Shown here piece by piece: positions 26,400 through 39,971 of a stretch of DNA of 64,000 nt (within the stretch, counting starts at the first letter, position 1; every line of letters starts with the position of its first letter). The stretch comes from Eledone cirrhosa (lineage: Eukaryota). The notes under the pieces were generated by a model. That model was not told the DNA's origin. It searched no databases and saw nothing but the letters and a program-made list of their open reading frames with translations. The stretch lies in NCBI GenBank assembly GCA_964016885.1, contig OZ024744.1, forward strand, positions 49,228,001-49,292,000, given 5' to 3'. Position numbers and translations under genes: made by a program.

Positions 26400-27545
26400 A
26401 GACGCAACCACAGCATCATATAAACCATACTATAAAACTAACGAAAAATTGAAATATATTAATAAAGCCTCATACCACTCCTGCTGCTTTTGAAAACTTA
26501 GTTTCAAATATTAGTCCAAGTATCTCAAATCTATCAGTCTCCAAAAAGATATTCGATAAGCCTGCACCATACTACCACCAGGATAGAGGTTTTAAGGACA
26601 ACATTAAGTACGCATATAACCATTTCCAACCCAACCATACTAAAAATACTAACAGATGAAGAAGAATTATCTGGTTCGCACCCCTCTTTTCCCTGAAAGT
26701 AAAGACTAATGTAGGTAAGAAGTTTTAGATTTAATAGATAGACATTTCCCTTCACAACATAGATACATTAAAATATTATTTTATTCATGAGGCCCGTCTA
26801 TGAGATAAAAAATGACTGCAAATAATATATCCGACGTAAATCCAAGTTGCTTTTGTAATATAAAAGGGAATTGTCCCTCCAACAGAAATTTGATATCAGA
26901 TTCGTTGTGTATGAGCAAGAGATAACACACAACACCACAGAAAATTCTAAAATTAGTGAGAGTTACGGCGGTATGGTGCAAGATCGTTTTAAAAACCGAT
27001 TTTACTCGCATATCTTCTCCCTCCGGAATCCTGATATGAGAACCTGTACAGCCCTAGCAAAAAAAAAGTCTGTCAATTAAAGGAGAAAGTACTCTCTCAT
27101 AAGATTACTTGGAAGATATTTTAAGGATCCAGACCATACACCAATGGTACCAAAGATGTCGTCTGTGTCTTAGTGAGAAATTTAGAATATTATCGTCTCC
27201 GATAATTATTTGAACACAAACAGCGAACATTTTAGAGGATACTTCCATCTCAAAAGCCAACTGCTCTCTAAATGGAGATATTCAACAAATTCTACTGGTT
27301 TTCAACCACCTTAATTTGATTTATATACTGTCTTAATATTTTTTTCCTTTTCTTTCTTTTCCCAAACTTACATATTACAAAATACCTTCTATATAATTCT
27401 ACTCCACATCTTAATAAATATTACTATCTCCAGATTACACACCACCACACAATACCATATATCTGCTATTTCAAATTTACATCTTAGATATTATACGTGT
27501 TTCATAAGCTAGCGTTTTTAGTACGCATTACATTTAATGATGTAT
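26400..27545 (+). mobile_element. Decayed Penelope-like (Naiad-like) RT C-terminus + GIY-YIG fragment
   Basis: YKPY.K.N..L.YINK, IWF.P.F, CFC..KGNCP, VVY..SYGG...FKNRFY.H, RPY.NG..CRLCLSEK motifs in broken frames. Confidence 0.75.
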
Positions 27546-28545
27546 AAGTACACAAATTTATCTATCCATTGGAACACTGGATCCTCCACTATATAGAGTT
27601 CCCCCAACTCCTGCTAAACTATTGACTTTCATCTTTACTCATGTCCGGTTATTCTTCATTCTTGTCTTCTTTCTTTCGTTTATTCATTTTCTACCCTCTA
27701 TCAATCTAACTCCGTGCACAAGGAACCACGTATACATGTATATGTACACGGTTGCGTAGAAGTTGTGTCTGTCAGTGCGTATATGCTAGTGGGTAAACTA
27801 CCTCCACATACTACTGCTATAAGACTCCGCACACACGCACATGGCTACGTCTCCGCGAACCCACTATCCTTAGTTCTGGATTGCATACACGCATTTAGCA
27901 ATACTCGTAGACTTGAGCTCAAACATACCCATTTTCTCTCTGAACAACAGCTCAGATAGAAGACGATGCTCCGTAGACCGACTGACGCTAACATGGAAGG
28001 TAATGGTAAGAAAACTTTTGCCACCTACTGGGGACTAGCCGATAAAGACATTAAATAGATTAAACAACAGTTTTAAAACCTTTCAGGAACGAGAACAGTT
28101 GGTCATAGATTGAATAGTCTGACACTTTTTAGTGCACTGACCTACTTACACCACCATTGTAACTCTATGTCCACTGACCTGCAACTACTAGAATCCGTAC
28201 AATATATGCTTGCCGAACATTGAGATGTAAATACGTCTTCAATGGTAGGCATATAACAAAAAATTTAGTTTTATTTACATTTGAGTTTCCTGTCTGACGT
28301 CAGCGCATTGAATAATGACCATTTGGTACCTTTGAAATGTGCATAACAGGAGGATGTAATGGAATAAGATGATATTGAACAGGTGATACAGTCCCTTTTT
28401 ATTTTCTTAAAATTGATACTCCGTCTGATACCATATGCGTAATAACTTGTATTCATATGACGTCGAATAAGCTATACTTAGTAGATTGATTGGATCAACC
28501 AACACTGATTATCATCATAGATAAACGAATAAATATATATGTATA

Positions 28546-28645
<100 letters not shown>

Positions 28646-28818
28646 TATATATTTATTTATTTATTGATTAAGTTTGCATTTCCAACTCTCTCTCCCCAAA
28701 GAATCTACTTTCTCTTTAAACCAATATAATACATAAACACATTAAGCTAATTCAGAAAAGACGTGGCAATTATATACTATCATATACTTTTGAGTTTTGT
28801 ATATTCAGTTTTAAGTTT

Positions 28819-28876
<58 letters not shown>

Positions 28877-28899
28877 ATATATATATGCATATATATACG

Positions 28900-28930
<31 letters not shown>

Positions 28931-28983
28931 TTATGTGTGTATGTATATATATCTGTGTGTGTATGTGTATTTGTTTGCTTGTT

Positions 28984-29086
<103 letters not shown>

Positions 29087-29370
29087 TCACTAATGTACAA
29101 AATTGTATTACCATGGTGGCACAAGAGAACAGATGTTTGTATTCATTTGTCGTTTATGTCCATTTTTCCGTATGCACAATCAGTCCAAGGAATCTGGAAT
29201 CTCATTTCCTTCTAGAACTTTTTGGAAAGAAATTCTTCCTTCTTTGTCCCATTTCTTCTCTCATTCTTTCTCACTGAAAATATCTTATTGGCTCTTTGCC
29301 TTTCTCCTTCCTACTATCTGTTTATCTGTATAGGTCTCTCTCTCTCTCTCTCTCTCTCCCTCTCTCTCTG

Positions 29371-29509
<139 letters not shown>

Positions 29510-29515
29510 TATATA

Positions 29516-29602
<87 letters not shown>

Positions 29603-29709
29603 AGTATATATATATATAGACAAAATAAAATAAACAAATAAATAAATATATAAACAGATTAAATAAAGATGGCGTAGAAAATACAATGCAACGGGAGGAA
29701 ACAATAGCA

Positions 29710-29749
29710 CCACTGACGATGTTGCAGATGTGCAACGAAAGAACTTTGA
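29710..29749 (+). ncRNA. Hammerhead ribozyme motif (family B)
   Basis: CA-CTGACGA-T-GTTGCA/GATG/TGCAAC-GAAA-GAAC-TT-TG. Confidence 0.65.
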
Positions 29750-29966
29750 TAAACTATATATATGTGTTTGTGTCTATATTGTATCTGTATTATTTTTGAC
29801 CGTCGGTCAGTCAATGGCAACATTGAGGACCGAATAAATTAGATTACCGATATAAAAGACACAGAAGCGAAAAGTGAAAACCAACCAGTGAGTGTGTTCT
29901 GTTATTAATTCTGGCAATATTACACAAATATGACCCTCCCCAAGTATAACAACATACATATATATA

Positions 29967-30089
<123 letters not shown>

Positions 30090-30133
30090 ATATGTATATA
30101 TATATATGAATATATATATATGAATATATATAT

Positions 30134-30860
<727 letters not shown>

Positions 30861-30945
30861 CGGAGGAGGTGTGGTAAGGAACCAGATGGACCATAACGCA
30901 CCATAGTACTCAATAGTTAGGGTAGTAGAGTGGGTAATAAAAGAA

Positions 30946-31047
30946 AGTATGACCCCGACGGCAGAGCTCAAGCCGTTTCGACGGCTATTTCTTTAGTCCA
31001 GAAATAGCCGTCGAAACGGCTTGAGCTCTGCCATCGGGGTCATACTC
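30946..31047. repeat. Palindrome in a pLTR-like family also present at 51140-51312
   Basis: GTATGACCCCGACGGCAGAGCTCAAGCCGTTTCGACGGCTATTTCT and its reverse complement; shared upstream GGAACCAGATGGACC.TAACGCACCA in both loci. Confidence 0.8.
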
Positions 31048-31197
31048 TCTCCTATATATATATATATATACTAATAATAAAAAGGACGAAGTGTTAAATC
31101 TTCATTACATGTATTTAGGTGTGATGCGCATTTCGCGATTGATCTGCTCAGGACTCGATCTGTATCGATCTGACCCGACTCTGGAATATATGTATAC

Positions 31198-31244
<47 letters not shown>

Positions 31245-32301
31245 TGTATATATAATGTATTTTGCAATACACTGTTTGCTGAAAATTGAAGTAAGTGAGA
31301 CTGTCACTACTCTAAAACAATAGTGTAAGGTCTTCGAAATGCTTTTAATTAAGCATACAGTGTATTGCAAAATACACTGTATATACATTCATATATATAT
31401 ATCGCTATTTCGGAGCACCAATTCTAATTTTATATATATATATATATATAATAACAAAATAAGATGCTGAGGTTACAAATATCGTTTAATCATTATAATT
31501 ATTTCCACAATCAAGATGTCCTTCATGCATTTTCTGTTGGTTACGAGAACGGTATCCTCAGATGAAAATCGATATGTTTGATATGTCGCTGGCAGGAAAA
31601 ACACACATCCTATTGCCTGTGTGCCCAGCAGACATATGAGTTCCCTGAAGGGTTTGCCCGCCGTCGTGTTTGCTAGAAAAAGCTATCAACGAAAAAGACG
31701 AAAAGAACCCGAAAAAAAACGAAGAACTGTGTAGCCAAAACCCAGTAGACAGTGGAAGCAATAAATGGAGCTCTGATGGAGGGTGGGTATATATTTTGTT
31801 GAAAAACACCTATAGACAACAACAACAACAACGACAACAACAATAACGACAATAACAGCAAACCGCCGACCAATATTGTCCACACTGGCCGCAATAGTCG
31901 TAGTGATATTACCACCCTACTGACAACAACTAAAGCAACAGCTACAATAAACACTTACAACAACAACAACAGCAACAACGACAACAACAGCAAAAACATA
32001 GACCAGCGTCGTGTATACAGGCCGCAACAGTCGTAGTGACGGCATCACCCTGTCGACATAAGGGTCCAGGTTATATATATATATATATATATGAATATGT
32101 CATTTATTTTGTCTGACCTATTTAGCTTGACTTGTTTTTTGGGTTAGGTGGTTTATGGCTTCTTGACCGCCTTTTCAGTTTGTATGGCCTTTATATGTTT
32201 ATTGCTCTGGTCATTTTTAGCCCATGGAGCGCTTGCCAGCATGACTCGGAATTTGCGATACGTTTCGCTTTTTCTACCCGCCGAAATGCGATTCTCGCTG
32301 A

Positions 32302-32360
<59 letters not shown>

Positions 32361-32427
32361 GTTATTCCGGGTTGAATCGGAGGTAACCACAGTAAGTAAG
32401 GTACTTAATACATTGCATCTATATTAA

Positions 32428-32503
<76 letters not shown>

Positions 32504-33015
32504 GACGTAAAATAAGAAAATTTTAAAAATTAAAAATTAACTTACTTACTAGGAGAATAGGATTGGCTGTGTAGTTGCTATTTAAGGTAGCTTAAAATGG
32601 AGTGAGAATAAGAAGAAAGCAAGAGCGGGGGTTGGGGGAGTTATCCTCATCAGTTATCTACTGGGGTCTCGGATATTTCTACGCTTTAAAGACAAGTTAT
32701 CTACCGCCCAGAGCGTCAGTAACTGGGTAAGTTATTGGGAAAACGGAGATATATATATATACATACTTGTATATAGTCATATATTAGGTTGTAATTTAAG
32801 GCTCAATAAAACAATAATAAGACACACTATCAGTTTTACTTAATCAATAATGTAGTCACCAGTCAACAATTCAACAACATCAATAAAGATAAATTCGACG
32901 AAATCTGAAAGAAAATGAAACATATTAGTGATATCGGCGTATTCAAAATAAAATTGAGAGATTTTATTACAACCTGATATATACGTGTATCTATATTTGT
33001 GTGTATGTGTGTGTG

Positions 33016-33095
<80 letters not shown>

Positions 33096-33654
33096 GGATG
33101 CCCCCTCGTTATCGAGTATGGCCATTGCACGATATAACATTATTAATAATTATTAATTAATTCTATCGTGCAATGAATGCCTGTGCGTGAAGATATTTTT
33201 TAAAGTGACGAAAGACTGTGCACTGAGCCAATCCCACTCTCTGAGCGACAGTAGCTATAACCCGAAAAGAAGAAAAGATCAACATCATCGGTAACTACTG
33301 AGCCGCAGGTTTTATATCGGAGTTATGCCAGTTTCCTGAGTTACCTTCTCCTAGAAGAATGCCCTGACAAAGGCTAGGGGTTCTTCACTCCCAGAGGTTT
33401 AACCGCACGATCGGGTGTCCAGCCTGACTGTTTCTATGTCCCCGCGCATATACATACACATGCACCCATGTATATGCACATATACATACATATGTACATG
33501 TGTATATACATATTTACACCCTTTTGGATGGCCGTTGACTTTTATGAGTTTTTCCGCCGGTTGTCAGGTTTTGTTATTTGTCCTGGAGGGTGTCCAAAAT
33601 CACCCTCCTCGCCAAGAAAACTTGGTGCGGTTGCCGGTTTAGTCACCGACGACC

Positions 33655-34263
33655 AATGAAGGTTGGAAAATCACTGACAAAGGACTATTTTTATCATATG
33701 TAACCCATGTGCAACCACGCAGTATTCTTTATTCTCATGTTTTTTATATATATTTTCCTCGGCTGCATTTGTCTGTTTCTCTCTTACTGCTTCCCCGCTC
33801 TCTCTGTTTCTCTCACCTTCTTTCGCCCCCTCTGTCAGTTACACTTTCTCTCGACTGGCCTCTTCCTCGCACTTCCACTCACTCACTCTCTGTTTCTCCC
33901 CTTCTCACTTTCTCCCGTTTGGCCTGTAGTGGGTTCTCTTCTTGCTCACATCTCACTCACGTCGGATGGTCTGTATCCCGCTCGCTCATGAAATCCACCC
34001 AGCTTAAGCTGACCGGATTTCCATGCTGCTTGTTTTTCCCTATCTTTGCGTTGCTATCATCCTTCTATGTTTGTTTACTTGTCTCGCTCGCTTTACGCGA
34101 TTTACTTGTCCCAATAGCTTTATTTAGCTATTGCTCGCACCAACCGGAGGTATATGATTTTTAAAGCGATGAAATACCAATGAAGGTTGGAAAATCACTG
34201 ACGAAGGACTATTTTTATCATATGTAACCCATGTGCAACCACGCAGTATTCTTTCTTCTCATG
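33655..34263 (+). repeat. ~88-bp direct repeat pair bounding a ~520-bp non-coding unit
   Basis: CCAATGAAGGTTGGAAAATCACTGAC.AAGGACTATTTTTATCATATGTAACCCATGTGCAACCACGCAGTATTC at ~33654 and ~34177; upstream 33520-33655 resembles the reverse complement of 39685-39830. Confidence 0.8.
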
Positions 34264-34310
34264 TATTATATATATATATATATATATAAAATTAGAATTG
34301 GTGATATATA

Positions 34311-34701
34311 TATATTAATAAAAGGAATTCCAACTTTGTCTGATTTACTCGTTTTATTTACAATCCTTGAAAATTTATAATGGTATTAGAATGAAATAGT
34401 ATGGTAGAATGTTAAATGTTAAGTGTTAATTGAACAAGTACTTCCATGCTTTCGCAATCTTCAGGTCCATATTCTATGGTGACAATCAAGTTTGCAATTT
34501 TCAACAGTTGAAAATTGCAAACTTGACTGTCACCACAGAATATGAACCTGAAGATTGCGAAAGCATGAAAGTACTTGTTCAATTAAAACTTAACATTTAA
34601 TATTGTACCATACTATTTCATTCTAATACCATTATACATTTTAAAGGATTGTAAATAAAACGAGTAAATCAGACAACGTTGGAATTCCTTTTATTAATAT
34701 A
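34311..34701. repeat. 391-bp palindrome (195-bp arms, 1-nt centre at 34506) carrying a hammerhead
   Basis: Arms are complementary with scattered mismatches. Confidence 0.92.
34543..34581 (+). ncRNA. Minimal type I hammerhead ribozyme motif
   Basis: TGAAC-CTGAAGA-T-TGC/GAAA/GCA-T-GAAA-GTAC-TT-GTTCA; the mirror copy at 34431-34469 has GAAA changed to GGAA. Confidence 0.85.
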
Positions 34702-34744
34702 ATCTTCTATACTCACCCGTGTATATTTATCTATCTATCAATAT

Positions 34745-37668
34745 AAGAGTTGGATGTGTGAATGTACGCGGTCTGGGGATGCCCTGGAAATAGGGCAAAC
34801 TTTTAAACGACCTCAGGTCGCACAGTATGGATGTAGTAGCCATTTGCGAGTCCAGGAGCCACAGCAAGTGACAGCTGGCCCCCATCTTCGATGACTTTGA
34901 GATCTACGCATCTCTCTGTCAGCCGGGGGGTGGGGGCAGGGTTGCCATTTTGCTGCGGAAACACCTGGGCCTCGTAACACAGACGGTACATCTGGACCCG
35001 GAGGGTCGACTGGTGGTCCTAGACGTTGACGGTAATGAAGGTGGAGCCTTCAGGCTGGTGGCCGCATATGCCCCATCCGGGACACCGCGGCCAGATTTCT
35101 TCAAACGTCTAGAGACTTTTCTGGGAACGTCTCGCTCCTTGCTTTTAGTGGGGGACTGGAATGGAATCCGAGATGCACGTTGGGACTATGCGGGAGTATG
35201 TCCCGATAAAGGGGATGTAACAGCCTCAAACAGTTAATCGGCCGATTTGACCTGGCCGATAGATATCGACTAGATTTTTCGACTGTGCCACTGTGGACGT
35301 GGACTAATCGCAGCAGAACGTCTAGATCGTACCTAGATATGGTTCTAGTTAGAAATAAGGATAGGGACATGTTAAGCTGTCCACAAATGTTCAGATCACA
35401 AACTAGTGACCTGCATGGTCAACCTTGATAGAACCCATAGAGAAGGACCTGGCTACTGGAAGCTGAACTTGTCGTTACCGACATGCAAAGCCTACAGTAG
35501 ACGGATTAGCACTTTAGTTAAACAACACTTGACAGGGGCCATTATCAACAACAGATGGTGGTACTCTCACAAGAGGGCAGTTAGATTAGACTCGTTAGTT
35601 TTTAGTAAAGAATTAGCGTTAGATATAAATAGGACAGAGAAGGAACTGGTAGATAAAGTAGAAGAGGAAATTAGAAGTGGCAACGCAGCCAGCGTGCTAG
35701 CAACGAGAACGGCCTTGGACCAGTTCTTCGACGCAAAGCACGAGGGCTGCGTTGTCAGAAGCAAAATACGTGCTCTGGCAAACGAGGGAGCCAAAGCTGT
35801 TAGCTGGGCCCGAGTGACGGAGGCAAAAAGTGGCAACAAGTCCACGATTCGGTCTTTGAAGGACCAAGACAGACGCGTGATACGTGAGCCGAAGGAGATG
35901 TGTGCGGCCTTTCAGCGGCACTTTGCTCAACTGTTCGAGCAGGGCGGCGCGCCGGGAAGGGCTATGGATTTCGGTCCATACCTCGACGGCCTACCACGAC
36001 TCTCGGACAGCGAGGCGAAGTTCTGCGAGGCCGATTTCGGCCGCTGAGATAGGGGACGCGCTGAACCAATGCGGCAAACGCAAATCTCCAGGTCTCGACA
36101 GTCTACCCTACGAATTTTACGTAGCAATGCCGGACTTATTCTCCGGTCTCCTGGAAGCGGTCTACTGCAACTTGCAGCAGAACGGGAGAATTCCCAGTTC
36201 TGTGACCGGGGACGTAGTCACACTAGTCAGGAAGGACGAGAATAAGGGGGATGACATAGGCAACTTCCGGCCCATAACTCTTCTAAACACAGAGTTACAG
36301 ATTTTGGCCAAGGTGTTGGCAAAGAGGCTGGCGCTTGTCGTCGAGAACCTGGTGGGAGAAGCGCAGACATGCGCAATCCCGACCAGGTCCACACACGACA
36401 ACCTTCTCCTCATGCGATACATCATAGAGAGGGTAGGGTGTAAACCCGGCTTCGGTGGGGCCCTGATCAACTTGGATCAGTCTAAGTCATTCGATAGGGT
36501 TGACCATCGTTACGTGGATGCGGTGCTCGAGGCGGCAGGCTTCAGACCCGTGTTCAGGGGCTAGATTGCTGCAATGCACAACAGCAAATCTACTGAAGGG
36601 TCAAGGTGAACGGCTACCTCTCGGAGCCGTTCCATATCACGCGATCCATTCGACAGGGATGCCCTCTCTCCTCCCTTCTGTACGTACTGACTCTCGAGCC
36701 ACTACTGCGGAAGTTGGAGCTATTGCAGGGCATTCCTCTGGAACCGAGACTGCGGAAAGCGGCGTCGGCCTACGCCGACGACGTGACAGTAATGGTGTCG
36801 AGCGCCTCGCAAATCGAGGAAGTCGGCACCTTACTGAAGGAATACGAAAGGTTCACAGGAGCGAAGCTGAACCGGGACAAGGCCATCGGTTTGCAACTCG
36901 GATCGTGGAGAGGCAAACCGATGCCTTCCGATGGCGTCGTCGGACGCTGGACGGAAGGACCGGTAAAGCTGCTCGGGGTCTGGTTTAGTCCGGACCTCCA
37001 GGTGGAGAAGAACTGGAACGAGGTGACGGCCAAGGTGTTTGCGCTCACCCAGAAGTGGGCCGAGTGCAAACTATCCTTGAAAGGTCGAGCGGAGGTGGCG
37101 AACACTTTTATAGTGCCCGCCATCTATTACCGCTTGACCGTCGTGCCTTGTCCAGCCAAAACGCTCACCAAAATGGAACGCGCGCTCTTCCAATTCCTTT
37201 GGAGGAGGCAGGCTCCTTGGTGAGAAGATCCATCTGCTGCCAAAACCCTCCCAACGGAGGGCTGGGAATGCCGTGGCTGACGATGCGCAAACACGCGCTC
37301 AGGCTGCGGCATCTCTACGTATTCCTCACCGGACAACCGGTGTGGGCCCCGTTCGTGAGGCGAGCCTTCCCACGATTCGTCTCGCTGACCGAGCTGCAGT
37401 CCTGGGTCAAACAAAGACCGAGGAAAATGGGCGACTGGCACATCGAATGTGCTCAGGCGCTCACAGCCCTCTGGCAGGCGGACCCGGCGATCAGTGGAGA
37501 CTCCACTTCGTCATTCTATAGAGGGTTGATCCGCAGCAAGTGCGACGACGCGCTCGGTGAAACTCTGGGCGTAGAGGAAGACGAACTGGCCAGTCTGTTC
37601 GGTAGGACCTTCCGCCTGGGACCGATGGACAACTTCCAAAAGTCCCTGGCCTGGCAGTGCCACCGAAA
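34745..37668 (+). mobile_element. Tx1/L1-clade LINE ORF2 pseudogene (EN + RT), GC-rich, truncated
   Basis: GCVNVRGL, DPEGRL, LVGDWN, GPGYWKLN, KSPGLD.LPYEFY, NFRPITLLN, LDQSKSFDRVDH, IRQGCPLS, AYADDV, GGLGMP across frameshifted ORFs 34950-37732. Confidence 0.9.
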
Positions 37669-37980
37669 GTATACGTTGCTGACGATAGCTAATAAGCTTG
37701 AAACAAGTACAGCGTTCCTTTGTCAGTGTTGAACAAATGAGCAACGATGGTTGCTAGACACTGTACGGCTTAATTCGGGATGTTTGTTTACAAATACACC
37801 GAGCATTATAATAAATGTTCGATGAATCCATACGTACATATATATATGTGTGCATGTATGTATATATATATACATACTACTGTACGTCTGTATACATATA
37901 TGTATGTACGTATACATACTTATATTTAAGTAACAGCCGTACTAAGAGTGAGAAATGAAATTTCGTTTCATTTTTTCCGA
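37669..37980 (+). mobile_element. Retrozyme-like element fragment (family H) with hammerhead at 37674-37714
   Basis: CGTTG-CTGACGA-T-AGCT/AATA/AGCT-T-GAAA-CAAG-TA-CAGCG; body matches 44420-44680 and 44240-44302. Confidence 0.8.
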
Positions 37981-38193
37981 TATATATATATATATAAATG
38001 AAAATATAGAAATTATTGTGAGCAAGAAGCCAACAACGTCAAAATGGAAAATAATTAACGTAAGATATGGGAAAATAATTCTAACTCAATAAAAAAAAAA
38101 TCAAGACAGAGATTTTATCCACAGATTTTGTGAAATCCAGGGAAAAACCAATAGAGTCTTAACTCAGAATATATATATATATGTATGTATGTG

Positions 38194-38271
<78 letters not shown>

Positions 38272-38399
38272 ACATATATACATATATATACATGTACACA
38301 CCCGCACACACACACACACACATTTGATCATGCTTTTATATTTAATTTTATTTCATTCCTTGTATTTTGATCATGCTTTATTTTTATTTTTATTTTTAA

Positions 38400-38603
38400 T
38401 TTCATTCGCACCGTTTCCTTTCGCTATATGTCTCTCCACCACTCCCCTACACACCCTTTGAACTCTGTTCCCACACACTTCTCACCCGAGGAAGGGCTTA
38501 TGCCCGAAACGTCGTTCCCCACCACCACCCCACTCTCCAGAGCGTGAAATTAATAAACATTCGTTGTACTGCCTCTCTGTTTTGTTCCTGTTCAAATTTT
38601 TCC

Positions 38604-38605
<2 letters not shown>
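38400..38605 (+). mobile_element. PLE 3'/pLTR fragment with degenerate hammerhead
   Basis: CCGAGGA-A-GGGC/TTAT/GCCC-GAAACGTCG at 38486-38514 (core U4 changed to C), followed by AATAAA. Confidence 0.55.
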
Positions 38606-38661
<56 letters not shown>

Positions 38662-38719
38662 CATAAATACATATATATATATATATAATGTAATTTGCTT
38701 GAAGCATTTTACATAGTAT

Positions 38720-39400
38720 ATAAGGTTGAAAGAGATGGAAGAGTAAACAATAAGATGAGGTAACGAAAAGTAAGTTATCTTTGTTTTGTTTTGTTGTTGT
38801 TGCTGTTATTTCTTCTGTCCTAATATTTCAGGACCTACAAATCCCTTCTGCTTTTAAGGAACTTTCAGAGCATAATTTTACCCTTTCTACTCCTTGGGAT
38901 TAAATTTTGATTTAAATTTCAGAAGTTGTTTTCTAGCGTTTTTTATGGTTATTTCGGTATTCGCCAATATAGTATTTCACGATATCAATTCTCTTTTTTG
39001 TGTGTGATGTTTAGTTTGTGTGCCTATGGTTGTGTCTTTTTATGTAAAGTACTGTGTCCTGAGTTCTAATCTATTATTTATTTTCGGGTTGAGTCGATGT
39101 ATGAGCAAGGTTTCCTTAATTCTTAAATTGTCCACATTTCTATCGCTGGCTTTAATGGTAATATGTTGGTTGATGTTTCTACATTTGTCAATGTGTTTTT
39201 TGAATGAGGATATGTGTGTGTTGAGGTGTTCTTTAATGTGAGTGTGGAATCATGCTACCAATGTAGAACTCCTTACATTTGTTACATTCCATCTGGTATG
39301 CCACATATGTCCGCTGGCACATACCTGTGTCGCGGATAGGGCAGTTAGTCAGCGACCATTGATTATTGTTGTCTCTGGATTGCTTTTTAGACAGGTATCC
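38720..39400 (-). mobile_element. Decayed PLE GIY-YIG endonuclease fragment
   Basis: Minus strand: VCQRTYVAYQMECNKCKEFYIGS..HIKEHL..LRIKETLLIHRLNPKINNR. Confidence 0.75.
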
Positions 39401-39971
39401 ATGCAGTAAAGGGCTGGAGTGTTCTAATTGTATGTCCAGTCATACTTTGCGGATAGCTGTGGTTATGCTTTCGCTGAATTGTGGTACTTTCATGAAGCAG
39501 GTGTTAGAGGTGGTCTTATGCTTGCAACACTTTCAATTCTTTTGTGGTTATGCTTTTTTGAAGCAGGTGTTAGAAGCGATCTTATGGCACCTTCGACTCT
39601 TAAGACGATTCACTGTGGATGTTGGGTATATATATGTGTGTGTGTGTGTGTGCACGCTACTGGTAACATGTAATCCAGCACAACCTGCTTCATGGTCGGG
39701 TCGTCGGTGACTAAATCGGCAACCCCACCAAAATTGTTTTGTGAGGAGGGTGATTTGGACAGCCTGCGGGACGAAAAACAAAACCTGCCAAAAGGCGGAG
39801 AAACTTAGGAGAATCAACGGCCATCCAATCAAACATATATATATTTTCATACTTTTGCACTTTATATATCAGTGTTTTCGCGTATGCTTGTGTATGTACG
39901 TATTTGTATGCGTGTATGTATTTATTTAATTTCTATTACTTCTGTATTGTTTTTATTTACTTTTTATTTAC

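Noticed and set aside
27940-28100. Possible host exon (CAG...GAAG/GTAATG, TTTCAG)
   Set aside because: Splice-like motifs only, with no recognisable peptide; cannot be supported without RNA data
31815-32060. Poly-Gln/Thr/Asn coding region
   Set aside because: Degenerate (CAA)n repeat with a short local duplication and no consistent reading frame
32640-32665. Minus-strand CTGATGA as a hammerhead
   Set aside because: No downstream GAAA with stem II/III pairing was found
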